A stretch of 63,999 nt of DNA, the filler included, from Folioceros fuciformis (lineage: Eukaryota): assembly GCA_049999805.1 (NCBI GenBank). It is 10 parts of 10 records of this genome, joined end to end, with 100 filler letters (N's around TTAATTAATTAA, not from the genome) between each part and the next. Parts side by side here need not be neighbours in the genome. Positions count along the whole stretch, not along the records: positions 20,686 to 34,651 come from JBNGIO010001610.1; 9 more parts are not named here. One strand, 5' to 3'. The translations under genes and the position numbers were made by a program. The stretch's first letter is position 1; every line of letters starts with the position of its first letter. The notes under the pieces were generated by a model. It searched no databases. It saw only the letters and a list, made by a program, of their open reading frames with translations, and was not told the origin of the DNA. This document shows, in pieces, positions 23,579 through 34,751 of this stretch.

Positions 23579-24150
23579 ATGGATGCAGCCGCTGCATAGC
23601 TCAAGGAGGAAGTGTGCCTTCTGAGGGGTAAGTTCACGGTGTGCATTTGCTTTTTGGGTTTGGTAATCTCTCAGAGACAAGTGTTTTGTCGACCAACCAA
23701 CAACGATGACAAAAATTATAAAAAAGATGTTGCCGCCCGACATGCGGGTTGCCAAGGATGCGCAAGAGCTACTAGTGGAGTGTGCTGCGTAGGTAGAATC
23801 GTCGTCCCCTACGTGTCGTTGGCAAACCCTTCGGTCTCCCTTGTGTTCCCCGCCCCCTAAGCCACGCCACGCTCTGGTTTTGCTATTTCCTTTTCAGAGT
23901 TCATCAACTTGGTTTCTGCCGAGTCTTATGAGATATGCAACCGAGAAGAGAAGAGGACCATAGCTCCGGCGCATGTAGTGAAAGCGCTTGAGGCAGGATC
24001 GGCAGCTTTGGCAGCCAATTTGTGGTTAAAGTGATTATCCCGAGTGGCGACAACATGGCGTGTGTGTTGGGATTGTAGGATCTAGGATTCGGGGATTACA
24101 TCCAGGAGGTTCGGATGGCTTACCAGCAGCACCTGGAGCCCTGGCGTTAG
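23579..24150 (+). pseudogene. DR1: NC2beta/Dr1 (negative cofactor 2 beta) pseudogene, 4 exon remnants
   Basis: ATMTKIIKKMLPPDMRVAKDAQELLVEC, EFINLVSAESYEICNREEKRTIAPAHVVKALE and DLGFGDYIQEVRMAYQQH. Defects: TAG at 23597, acceptor AA instead of AG at 23699-23700, 2-nt insertion near 23781, GC donor at 23993, truncated C-terminus. Confidence 0.88.
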
Positions 24151-24479
24151 CGCTGAACCAGATAAGCCTGAACCTGGCAGGCGTGCGGGATTGGAATGGG
24201 CTCCAGGTGCAGCAGTCAGTGTAAACGGGCTGTGGTTCAACGACAGACGGCCCAGTTACGGCCGCGACTGTGAGCCTGTCAAAGCGGGGGCGGGGGAAGC
24301 TTTCTGGAGCCCTGGCGTTAGCGCTGTCATACTCTGTTTCTTCTCAATCTTTTGCACTGTGCTGAAACTGTGTACAGCTAAGAAGGATGTCTTGCGGGAC
24401 GACGAGTTCTTATTCCACTGTCAACCTGGGGCACCACTAGAATGCACAACACGATGTCTTTCTTGCGAATGAATGAATG

Positions 24480-25280
24480 CATGTCGAGGTAGACTGCAGG
24501 AGTCCATGGGTGTGTCCACCAGGGTGCGCATGCCACATTTCTTCATGTGATTTTCCATCATCTCTGCTTAGGCCTTGGCCATAATCTCATGGTAGAGTTG
24601 TATGGCCTCGTTGGGTTTCCCATTCAGGGGAGACCCAATGGGGCCACATAACTCCAGCATGAGATGCGTAGGTCAGGTGTGAAGGCTGATGCACCTGTCT
24701 TTGTTGCTGCCCTTCAAGCTCGTGCGTTTGTCCCCAACTTGTAAGCTGGCAGCAAAGTTTGCTGTAATGTGGTGCAGACTACCGCACTTTGCTGGTTGGC
24801 TACTACTTGGTGTACTTGTATGCCGCCGAAGGTCGCAAACTGAAGGATCCTGGCCTAATGGATCTGACAGCTTATCCTCATTACATATGGTGACATGACG
24901 GTGCTAACAACTGGTTATTCCGAGCAATGGCCCGTAGAAGATACTCTACTTGCGTGTTGGACAAGTGAAGCAGGAGGGGCTGGTTTCGTCTAACGATGTC
25001 CCTTGGGCTTGCCTTCTCAGGGCCTTGTATGTGCTGGTGCTAGCTTCCAAAACGAAAGGCCGATGCATTCACTGTCTGTACAGCGACGATCGCCTTGCAC
25101 TGTTGTTGATCACCTGCTTGGCGGACATGATATGGAAGAGAACAACTGGAAGATGTAAGCAAGATTATTCACGGCTGGGCCACAAGGGATGTGGTGACAT
25201 GGAATGCCTGAATCGCCTGATGTGCACATAGGCTATAGGCGCAGCACCTGCGTGACGTGGTGGCTCTTTGCCCGGTGGAC
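24480..25280 (+). pseudogene. Degraded PLS-class pentatricopeptide-repeat (PPR) gene fragment
   Basis: CRGRLQES...F*SIISA*A, MRRSGVKADA...VAALQA and QVKQEGLVSSNDVPWACLLRA motifs with stops and frameshifts. Confidence 0.6.
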
Positions 25281-25360
25281 ATTTAGCAGAATGAGGTGAG
25301 CCCACACGAATTCTTCAAAATTTTGTTTCCGTTCTATTGATACATGTGGAATATCATAAA

Positions 25361-26494
25361 TCACTGGTCTTTCAGTCGCTTGACAGCATTAGCCAAAGGC
25401 ATTGCAGACCGCTTTCCAGTCACAGGGTCGACCTGTTCGGGCGGATTTGTAGCATCCACTGCGATGGTTGAAGCTCCCATGTTAGCTGGGAGGGGTGGTG
25501 GTCGGGGTGCAGGTGGTAGCTGGGTTCCAATGCACATTTCATTTCCACTCAATCCTCTTCCTCCGCAAGGATGTACAAGCAGTAGAAAATGGAAATGATC
25601 AAGAAGATACCGCACCTTCCGCAAGACGGTTGTGAGGATCTGATCGATTCTGAGAACCTCTTTCACATCTACTTTGGCTTCATCTTCTCCACTTTTGAGA
25701 TCTTGCTTTGCATCGGCGCTTTTGACATCTGCGAAGCAATACCAGTGACCCACAAGATTGCATCACACCCCGCAATCCCTGACATGGGAGGCGTACCATG
25801 AACCCATTGCAAGCTGGGAAGCACCAGGAACCCACTATTACTCACCATACCCAACCTTCTCAAGCTTCGTAGCAGCTATCCTGTAGGCCTTGTTTATATG
25901 ATACAGGGCTCGGGCCTGCAAAGACTTTCCATTCAGATGACGAACAAGGTAACTTCCGAAGGCAAATGCTCGCATCGATCTCTCCTCCCAACCGCGATAC
26001 CTAAGCCCGCGGAACTCATCAACTGCAAACTCACCACACGGGAGCCCAAGACATTCTGCAGCTGAGGGGCTTGGTATATGGACCCGTCCAAGATGTAGTA
26101 CGCAGCAAGTGGCGTCGTCTTCTCAACCCCGTCCCTCTTCTGCTTCCGAATCACAAACAGGTTGGGCTCCTGAGCTTCAAGCAGAATATACTCCAACCCT
26201 AACATCTTCCTGTGAAACCAACAACCCCCAAACCCTGTGTCTGAGCACTTCTTACGGACAAGCGTGCTCGACAACCCTACAACACCACACTCACTGGAGA
26301 TTGGCCATATCAAGAGGGTGGTTGCCGCGCATCCGCAGCTGCTCGTTATTGCACGACCGGTCGTAGAAGGGCGAGAGAGCGAAGTAATCGAACACTAGGC
26401 CACGGTCCAAAGGAAAACTCTTGAGCCACATCTGGTCTCGAAAACTGATGCTGGTCATGTCCGTGCCAGGAGGACTCCCATCTGGCAAGGCCAT
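25361..26494 (-). CDS. MED6: Mediator subunit 6, exons 26494-26295, 26209-26035, 25915-25846, 25728-25616, 25519-25361
   Basis: [36 protein letters not shown] and GLEY....[14 protein letters not shown]....[17 protein letters not shown]; all GT-AG junctions keep the frame. Confidence 0.95.
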
Positions 26495-27984
26495 CCCTCT
26501 CGCAGCTACCAGATCCTCGTCGGAAGAAATGCGCCGTATCTGGCCCAGTAGAGAACAAATAAATGGCCGTCGCGGATTTCGGGATCAGTTTCCTTGCCTG
26601 CTGAGACAATTCTCACACCGCCCTACCATCGCAGCTCCTCATAACACTTCCTTGGGAACCGTCAAGAGCCGCTCTTTCCTGCCAGCGTCGTTGCGAGGTA
26701 CTGTGACTGACTGATTCCGCCAGCTTAGGCTGCTGAGCAGCTCCTTGCCTTGTCCATAGCTGTAGGTCATGGTGTCTCCCTTTCCAAGCCCCAGCCCTCC
26801 GAGCGAGCCTCAACCCCTGGAAGCAAGCGAGGCATACAGAATCGGAAACTGGCCCAGGTTCAGAAGAGAGGAGAACTCCGCTTTGCACAGATCTTCCCTT
26901 TCACTTCATCAATCAGAATGTAGGAACCCAGCACTGATGACCAAAGAAGTGACTTCGCAGTTGGCATCTAGCAGTAAAGAGACCTAAATTCCCCTGCCAA
27001 TCAACCTATGTACTGTATTTTGGGACCCATCAGTTTAAAATGGGGCCCACCACCAAAGCACTCGCTTCTGGCGTTCTCGGTGTTCCTCCATTGCCCACGG
27101 CCATATGGGATACGAGGCGGCAAGGTATGTGCTGTCACAGCAAAGAACTGTGTTGATGAAGCCGCTTTCTCGCAATCGCAAGATCTGCATGGACAAATGC
27201 CTCCTGCGTACGTAGAACGTTGCAGCAGTTTCGAGAGGTAGGCATGTAGACGTACACATCGATGCGATTCGTCGCCTATCCTCGGCAGCTGTCACCGTGG
27301 GATGCTGAAAAGACGATGAACGATTGTCCCAGCTATGTGATGCGAGCAGGAACGCCGACGTTGTTTGCACACGGACAGGAGGGGCGGTAGAAAGGAGCAG
27401 CTGCCTGGTGGGCATGCGATCGTGAATAGTTTTACCATCCCTGGTGGGCACCATGAACTGGAGTCCTTAGACGTAAATGTGGCGAAGTGGAATCGGTGAA
27501 AGCTGGGCCTGGCCATTCACGGTTTGCACTCAAAACACGTCCCGGACGACCTGTAACCTGTTAGTGAATCCTTCCATGTGGTTCCTATGGGAGACCTGCC
27601 GGGGTATCGTGCAACCTGGTACATTGCTGGAGAATCAGGCGCAGAGAAAGAAAGAAGGTCTTCAATTATTGTACTGGAGGTTGATGCAACAGAGATTGTA
27701 GAATTCGGAATTCGAGCGAGCAAGGTTTCAGAACTCCATGCTGTTTGAACACTCACGGCATGATGTGCTCGCATTCCTACCTCGATAGTGAAGAGCACAA
27801 GCAGAATTGTGATAATGGAGTCGATGGTTACCCCTAGCCTACCGATACTCCAAGGAGGGTCGACAGAAGTCATGAAGTCCTTCTTCCCCAGAAGCGTCGT
27901 CCTACCTATGGTTTCCTTCCAGCTTCTTCTGACACCCAGCTACATAATTATGTCCTTTGTCGGTCCATGTGTAGTACCAGAGCT

Positions 27985-29051
27985 CTAGTCCACTGCTGGC
28001 AGTTCGCACTGTTGGAGGAAGGGAAAAAGTCGTTCGATGGTCCCTCTTACGTGACGAGACTCTACGGCTCGGTTGATTAGAACCCTTCCAGAGACAAAAA
28101 CTGTGGCATGCACCATGCGGTCCTCCACAAACACTTCAACACGAAAGCCTCGGTAGCGGTGTGGCTCATACTTACGGACTAAGAACTGCGCATGCCCAGC
28201 GGCGACCCCGGCAGCATTGAATCGTGTTGCCTGCTCTTCCTTGAGAATGTTGTTGAGTTTCCCCAAGTCAACCAGAAAGGGCAGCCGGCCATATGCTAAG
28301 AGGTTGTTAACTCTCAAGTTGTGCGACGCGGCTCCAAGGTAGCCCGCAGCACGCACCACCTCCACGATCTCGCTGGCTACAGAACGCGCACGACTAACCT
28401 TGGAACCTCCCATTAAGGACACCTTCCCTGTCCTGAACACGAAGGCCACGTACCCCCACCGCGCGCGCCAGGGGAGCGCTAGCTTGTTCGGGTAAAGTTC
28501 CCTGGGGAGAATTGAGTCGGGGGCGAACTGGGCCAACCGCTGTAAGTCCACTTCCACGCCCAGGTCCAGTGTCGCGCTAACATTTTTTTGCACGAAAGAT
28601 TCGAGCAAGAGACTGATCGGCGTGGAGGTCGAGCGCTCCGCATTCGCATTCGCATTCGCGCTGGGCCGGAGTGCGCTATCGCCGACGGCGCTGGGGCCGG
28701 CTCCGTCCGGAGTGCTGGATGGATCCCTGTCACTCGACTCAGGCATGCCCTCCATCTGTTCCCATTCCGAGCACACACACATTCGCATTCACACAGCAGT
28801 GAGAAGCTGCAGCCGGTCGTGCAAGACATCAAGACTGCGAGAAAGCAAAAGCTTGAGACCTCCAACATCCCAAGATGAAACACCTGCACTTGCACATCCT
28901 CGTCTATGGCTGACGAAGCATGGGAAGCCGCGCCGTCGCCATGGCCAGGCATTTGGTAAGAGCCTCTTGGCAGCCACTCTTCTCCCTCACTCAAGTTCTC
29001 AAAAGTGAATGTTTGCAAGGAGCCCGCAGCAGTATATAGTCCTTTGTGCAT
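27985..29051 (-). CDS. Highly divergent TATA-binding-protein-like factor (two TBP repeats); proposed exons 29051-28884 and 28755-27985
   Basis: Repeat 1: QKNVSATLDLGVEVDLQRLA...AFVFRTGKVSLMG. Repeat 2: LRVNNLLAYGRLPFLVDLGKL...YEPHRYRG...ATVFVSGRVLI...TIERLFPFL. These parallel TBP QNIVSTVNL..LDL...ALIFASGKMVCTG and FKIQNIV...YEPELFPG...LIFVSGKIVI...ENIYPVL. The upstream exon joins by a phase-0 GT-AG intron (less certain). Confidence 0.82.
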
Positions 29052-29455
29052 TTAGGATTTATGCACTTCTGAACTTCCGAGCTCATCAACTTCTCAACAT
29101 CTCAGCTTCTCGGCGTATCGTCTTATCAAGTTCTAACTTCGCAACTTATACTTATCAACTTCTAAGCATCTCAATTCCTCAGCTTCTCAACTCATCAAGT
29201 TTTTGAAAAAGAATTTGTGTGATTCTCTCTGCCGGCAGTTAGCATAACGTGATTCGATGACAAAGGAGGAGATAATGTGGATCTGTTGGCTATCTTCTTG
29301 TGGCGGCCACTGCGAATCCCCTGTCACACTTTGGCAGCACAGCATTCCTTCGAATCCGGTCGTGAAAGAAAGCGAGCTGCGCTGCGGGCCAGAATGGTTG
29401 AATCTGACGCCAAGTAGAAGGGGGGGGGCGTGGTGGAAGGTCTGTCTGTAAAGGG

Positions 29456-30262
29456 ATGATGATCAGCGCAGGCTCACGGGAGCTGGCAGGCTGTTGCTCT
29501 TGCAAATCACCGAGCCTGCCGTCATCTACTGCGCAGCATCCCTTGCCACGTTCGTCTTTCTGTGCTATTTTCCTCAGGGACGCCGTGCCACTCTGCTCAC
29601 GTCTCCGGCATTGCCATCTGGTTCAGTTGGCTCTCTCTCGAGATGCCTCCTTGGAGACCTTGTCTTACGGGGGGAGGCCGCGCCGGAAACGCGCCTCAAG
29701 CTCAGTCTGTGGAGCAATGGATGGCTGGCTGTCAGGGATTGTGCTCCTGGACATCGATCCTCCAGATGTCCAGACCATCATCCTCAGTGCCAGTGTGTTG
29801 GCCGCCACATCTGCGTCGCTCTACTTCGGACTGAAGGTGAGAGCTACCTACGGCTTTGCAGCTTCTTGCGTCCTTGAAGGTGGAGCTAACACATCGTTGT
29901 GGAAAATGATTTGTGCAGGGCGAGCCGATATCGTGCGAAAGGTGTGGCGGAAACGGTGAGGATGGAAAACCTGAACCAACGTATTCCGCGTAACAGCGCC
30001 AGACTAACCATTTTGTATCGTTGGAGCAGGTGGTACAAAATGTGTGTTTTGTGAAGATGGGAAAATGAGAACAGAAACAGGACGTGGCGACTGCCGAGTG
30101 TGCAAGGGTGCAGGTACGTAGTATCGTATAGCTGTGTTGAAAATGCACAGTGAGGACCATTACGCTAGAAGCCTAGCAATGGTAACAAATGATTGTCCAC
30201 AACTCGCAGGTCTCATTCTCTGCAAAAACTGCAGGGGTTCCGGCTACTCCAGAAAGCTGTAG
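29456..30262 (+). CDS. Plastid-type DnaJ-like cysteine-rich zinc-finger protein with one TM helix; exons 29456-29836, 29919-29955, 30030-30113, 30210-30262
   Basis: Ser/Arg-rich transit-like N-terminus, hydrophobic [19 protein letters not shown], then [23 protein letters not shown] and CKNCRGSG repeats; in-frame splice sites. Confidence 0.88.
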
Positions 30263-30522
30263 CTACTGAGAGGAGTGCAAGGCACTATCCTATAACCTGA
30301 GCGGCCACTCAATTCGCATTTTATCAGTGCGCTACCCCATTAACGCTTTCCAAGATATTTGTCCCGAAGACAACCCGCTAGGATTGAAATGGCAAAATCT
30401 TCACGAATCTCTGAGGTAAACCATGTCTTCGATGGGCATGAAAGACCCAATCCAGATTCCTCACATAGTGGAAACTGCAGGATAGATCAACAATCAATCT
30501 GCACCCTGAAGAGGGGCACAAA

Positions 30523-31902
30523 TCAATCATAGCTTGCATTAAGAAATTTGAGAAGTTCATTCCGGTTACTCTCTGCCAGCTTGTCCTCTTTGGTCTTCTC
30601 CACTTTCATCTGGATCTGCAACCAGCCATGTCATCAAATACAGTTGTCTAACCGGAACCAGGCCCACAATGCTATGCAGTAGTACGCGACAGATATCAAA
30701 CCTTCTTTCCCGAAACAACGCTTCGCCGTACCCTGTCATCCTTACTCCCTCGACCGAGGAACTGAAGGGACATACATCGACCAATAAATTCAGTAGAACC
30801 AAAGCCACAATGAAAAGCCACTTAAACTGGACGAAGGTAAGAAAAATGATGAGGAAAAAAACCTTGGAGAGCTGTACAGGCCCAGTGCTATCTTTGCTCG
30901 ACTTCTATATTGTCAGCTCCATAGTTGCAGATAAGACCCATTGACGAATCACATCCATCAGCAACAATCCAACAATCGGCCAGCAACAACGGGCCCGCCA
31001 TCCCATGAGTTTATAATCCAGGTTGCAGACCGCGGCTCCAATTTCGAAGGGCCCAATCCACATACAGGCAGCAGATACGAATCAGTACCATACTTACTAC
31101 ATGCTTGGCAGGGGTTCACAACAGGCCCGGACATGCTACATTGGCCATGCACGAGCTTCACAGCCACAGATCCTCAAAACATCCAGAGACTAGAAAAACG
31201 GGTTAAAGAAGTCTACCTCCTTCTGTTTGTGAAGCTTGTGCTTATGCTTGTGAGTTCTTTCACGACTCCGTTCCTTGACATCCTTATCCTTCCCTTCCTA
31301 CACGTCCAGCCCAATAAAAATCCGCACACAACGCAGTGCAACACACAACAGATGCAAAACCTGGTAGGCCAAATCAAACCTTCTTCCGGGATCGGGATAT
31401 GCGCCTGTGCTTCCTCGACCGATCCGAACTGTCAGCCTCACTATCACTGCTGGACGACTCCTCCCTGCACAAGAATATGTCGCCGTCAGTACAGCTCCCT
31501 CCACACAAGGAGCTCAACATGTCAGCTAAACCCCTTGCGGCTCACGTTCCACGCCACAATTCACAGACAGAGATCTGTCTTACACCAACACGCACCTGCT
31601 TCACACATAAACCCTGTCATCAAACCCCATGCTCACCTGGACCTACGCTTGCCAGCCCGTCGTTTCTCAGCTCGCTCGCCCCCGCTCAAACTGTCCCCGG
31701 CACTCCTACTGTTGCACTCGCTGTCCGAGCCGCCGCCACCAGTACTACAGTCGCTGCTGCTCACAGCGCTCTCACTTGCGACCTTCTTGTCCCGCTCCCC
31801 CGTCCTGTGCCGCCGCTTGCTCTTCCGCAGCCGATCCCGGCTCCGGCCATGGTGATGCGAGTCCCCGCCCTCCGACGACGACGACGAGGAAGGCCACACC
31901 AT
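30523..31902 (-). CDS. Multi-exon Ser/Arg/Lys-rich protein of unknown function
   Basis: Exons read MVWPSSSS...RRSR, EESSSSDSEADSSDRSRKHRRISRSRKK, EGKDKDVKERSRERTHKHKHK, STGPVQLSK, FLGRGSKDDRVRRSVVSGKK and IQMKVEKTKEDKLAESNRNELLKFLNASYD*, with mostly clear GT-AG boundaries. Confidence 0.75.
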
Positions 31903-32645
31903 CTCTTCCGGTCCTTTCAGCTGCCCTTCCCACCTAGCCCTTCCCGCCCTCCTTCAGCTCCCAATCCACCACAAGTATGCAAAACAAATTCCTCCCAGCC
32001 TCTCCGCCCAAACCTGCTCGCTGCCACAGTGTGCCAAGCCAGCAGCAGCACCGAGCTCCGCTCCCTCCAAGCACAGCTACTCCACCTTCCGCTCCCACGC
32101 CTGTGTAGGTCTGCTCTCGATCCTTCTCAGAAGCACAAGAACAGAGCGTGCGAGTGCCCCGAGATTCGGCGGGACCCCGAGGCCCGCGCTACAGCTGCCC
32201 GCCCCGAGTAACGGAACGGAACGTATCGTCGTCAGATGGTGGCAACGAAACGCGACAGGACGGAACCCCAAAGGACAGAGCCCTGGTGGGTGGGACGCAC
32301 GACCAACGACGCGGGCCACACCGCAGTTGGAAACTCATTTTCAGACCCATTTTAAAACGCTTGATTCCAAAGAGGGATAGGTTCGTAATGCCAGGAGACT
32401 CAATTTCAGTCTTTGATCCAAGATCACTGAATAACAAAATCAAAAACAGCTGGAACAGATTCAAAAAGAGACGTTGGCATAGGAATGGGGAAAGCCAACA
32501 AACTTCATTCCTTTGCAAAATGGTCTACTTCTTTGATGACTATCAAAACAAAAGCAAGATAAAGAAAGACTGTGTCATTATTATCAAGTGTTCTTCGAGT
32601 TTGAAGCTTAGTCCGAAGAACTTGTGGCACAGAAGCACCTAGGCT

Positions 32646-34139
32646 ATGTTAGCAGAAATCATGGAGGCTACTGCAACACAAACCTGCTTCATGGATTACC
32701 TTCCAGACAGTACACTAGAACAAATTCTGAGTATATTACCCTTTGTAGCTCAAGCACGAGCCCGATTTGTATGCAAGAGGTGGTACAAGATCATCACATC
32801 GTTGTATGAAGATAACTACATCGATACTTCTTTGGAACAACCTTGGCTGATCCTCATTAGGTGGAAGTTTTCCATGACAGATTCTTCAACTAGGAACATT
32901 CCACATAAGTGGGAACACATTTGCCATGCCTTTGACCCAAATTCCTTTAGATGGTTCACGATGCCTCTTCCCACAAGCCTAGGAAGCCATGTGAAGATAA
33001 GCAAAGGCAGGGTAGGTAATGCAGGTTTAGTGCTATTGAAGGAGCGTTTTTATGAACACTCTGATTATTCAAGGTTTTGGGTGGGCAATCCCATTGAGAA
33101 TAGTTGGCAAAGCGTGGATATCCCATATGAATACACTAAGTATGCTTATAACAAGTATAAGAAGTATAACATGGATGAGCTGATTGCAGATGAGAGGACC
33201 AAGAGCTTCAAAATCATGAGAATTCAAGTTGATTTTCGTCATTCATTTCCAACTCCAACTTGCAGAGCTTATATCTACAACTCCAAGGAGTCTAGCTGGA
33301 CCAAAGGAGATAGATCACACATGAATATTCGCTTACCTACATATGATAATATGGACATCACCCATCTTAACGTTGGATTTCTTAAAGGAGGAGGAATAGT
33401 AACCAATGACACTGTCTACCTTTTGTTCAAATGTTCATATGACCTAATGAACAATGGAAGAAGAATTTACTATGGTGTAGGTTTTCATATCGCTACCTAC
33501 TTAGTGGAGCAAGATCAGTGGGCCTTGTCTCCCCCAATTACTTGTGGTCTATTGGATCCTGGATTTTTACATAGTTGGGATTCGCTGTTGGAGGATGACA
33601 ACAATATTGAGCCTTTCAACTTTGTTGCACGCTTCACATTTCCTTTACTTTTTGAGTCTAGGCGTAATCTATCCTTGAACATACCCAATAACCTTCGCTT
33701 TGTCTATCTCCGCTACATGCTTACTTCAAATGATCCTACCTATCCTCCCTTCAACTATCGTCTCACGATGACTACTTTACTGAGCCATGTAGTGCTAAAA
33801 CATATCAAGCACTATTCTAAGAAACTTTATGATGTCCTCCTACATGAGAAATGTCTCAAAGCTGCAGGAAGTTTGAAGACGTTTTATATTGCTGCGAATA
33901 ATAAGTTTGCACAGATCAATGCAACATTTGTAACATTCAAGAATGGCAAAATAGAGTCGAGACAAGTGCTTGAGGATCCCACAACAAATCTCTTTGATTC
34001 AACAGATTTCGAATTCCCAAGCACATTGCAAAACTTGAACTCGGAAGCACGTCGTACTTACTATAACTATTCTATTACAAGTCTTCAACCACGATTTCAC
34101 GCGTTTCCTTCTTGGTGGGTTATAAATCCTAAGAAGTAG
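32646..34139 (+). CDS. Intronless F-box protein with divergent FBA/kelch-like C-terminus
   Basis: DYLPDSTLEQILSILPFVAQARARFVCKRWYKII F-box; AFDP...W, GLVLL and WVGNP...W motifs; 497-aa ORF. Confidence 0.88.
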   Translation: MLAEIMEATATQTCFMDYLPDSTLEQILSILPFVAQARARFVCKRWYKIITSLYEDNYIDTSLEQPWLILIRWKFSMTDSSTRNIPHKWEHICHAFDPNSFRWFTMPLPTSLGSHVKISKGRVGNAGLVLLKERFYEHSDYSRFWVGNPIENSWQSVDIPYEYTKYAYNKYKKYNMDELIADERTKSFKIMRIQVDFRHSFPTPTCRAYIYNSKESSWTKGDRSHMNIRLPTYDNMDITHLNVGFLKGGGIVTNDTVYLLFKCSYDLMNNGRRIYYGVGFHIATYLVEQDQWALSPPITCGLLDPGFLHSWDSLLEDDNNIEPFNFVARFTFPLLFESRRNLSLNIPNNLRFVYLRYMLTSNDPTYPPFNYRLTMTTLLSHVVLKHIKHYSKKLYDVLLHEKCLKAAGSLKTFYIAANNKFAQINATFVTFKNGKIESRQVLEDPTTNLFDSTDFEFPSTLQNLNSEARRTYYNYSITSLQPRFHAFPSWWVINPKK

Positions 34140-34751
34140 TTAGGATAAGAAGCTCTTCCTTCATTAGCTTTTTGATTGGCACTACAATATCTCACAATGG
34201 AACTGTATAGATTTAAGCTTCCTTAGAGAGCTATGACACTCTTTGAACATGGATGAAGATTGGGTGTATGAAATGAAGCTTTGGATAGGTCCTTTTCTTC
34301 TCCAATTTGATATCTTAGCTGTAGTACGTAGTGACAAAATAGGCAAAACAAGGAAGATTTTGCGCCCTCTTTCAAGGGTTTCTTCCCCTCTCTTCTGATA
34401 TATTAATGTATCCCATCTTTCTTTTGTAATAAAGTCAAATCGTGACATGTATGTATCACCGAAATTATAATTCTTACTACTTCCAAGCCAGAAATGCCTG
34501 CGTGAAGAGGCGTAGTTTCGTGATGAGGACTTCGGCGATGGAGGCAGAGCGTGGCTTGTGAAGCCGAGCGAAGCGACGATGCAAATGCAGCGGGTTTGGA
34601 CGGGATCTCGGCGTATGCTGCGGCTGCGCGGGGGAGGTGGCGGCGGAGGATNNNNNNNNNNNNNNNNNNNNNNNNNNNNNNNNNNNNNNNNNNNNTTAAT
34701 TAATTAANNNNNNNNNNNNNNNNNNNNNNNNNNNNNNNNNNNNNNNNNNNN

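Noticed and set aside
27035-27873. Minus-strand ORFs with a hydrophobic stretch downstream of the TBP-like gene
   Set aside because: No recognisable family, interrupted by a stop, and no convincing splice model.
30941-32211. 304-aa and 291-aa + strand ORFs
   Set aside because: Antisense to the spliced RS/K-rich gene; low complexity.
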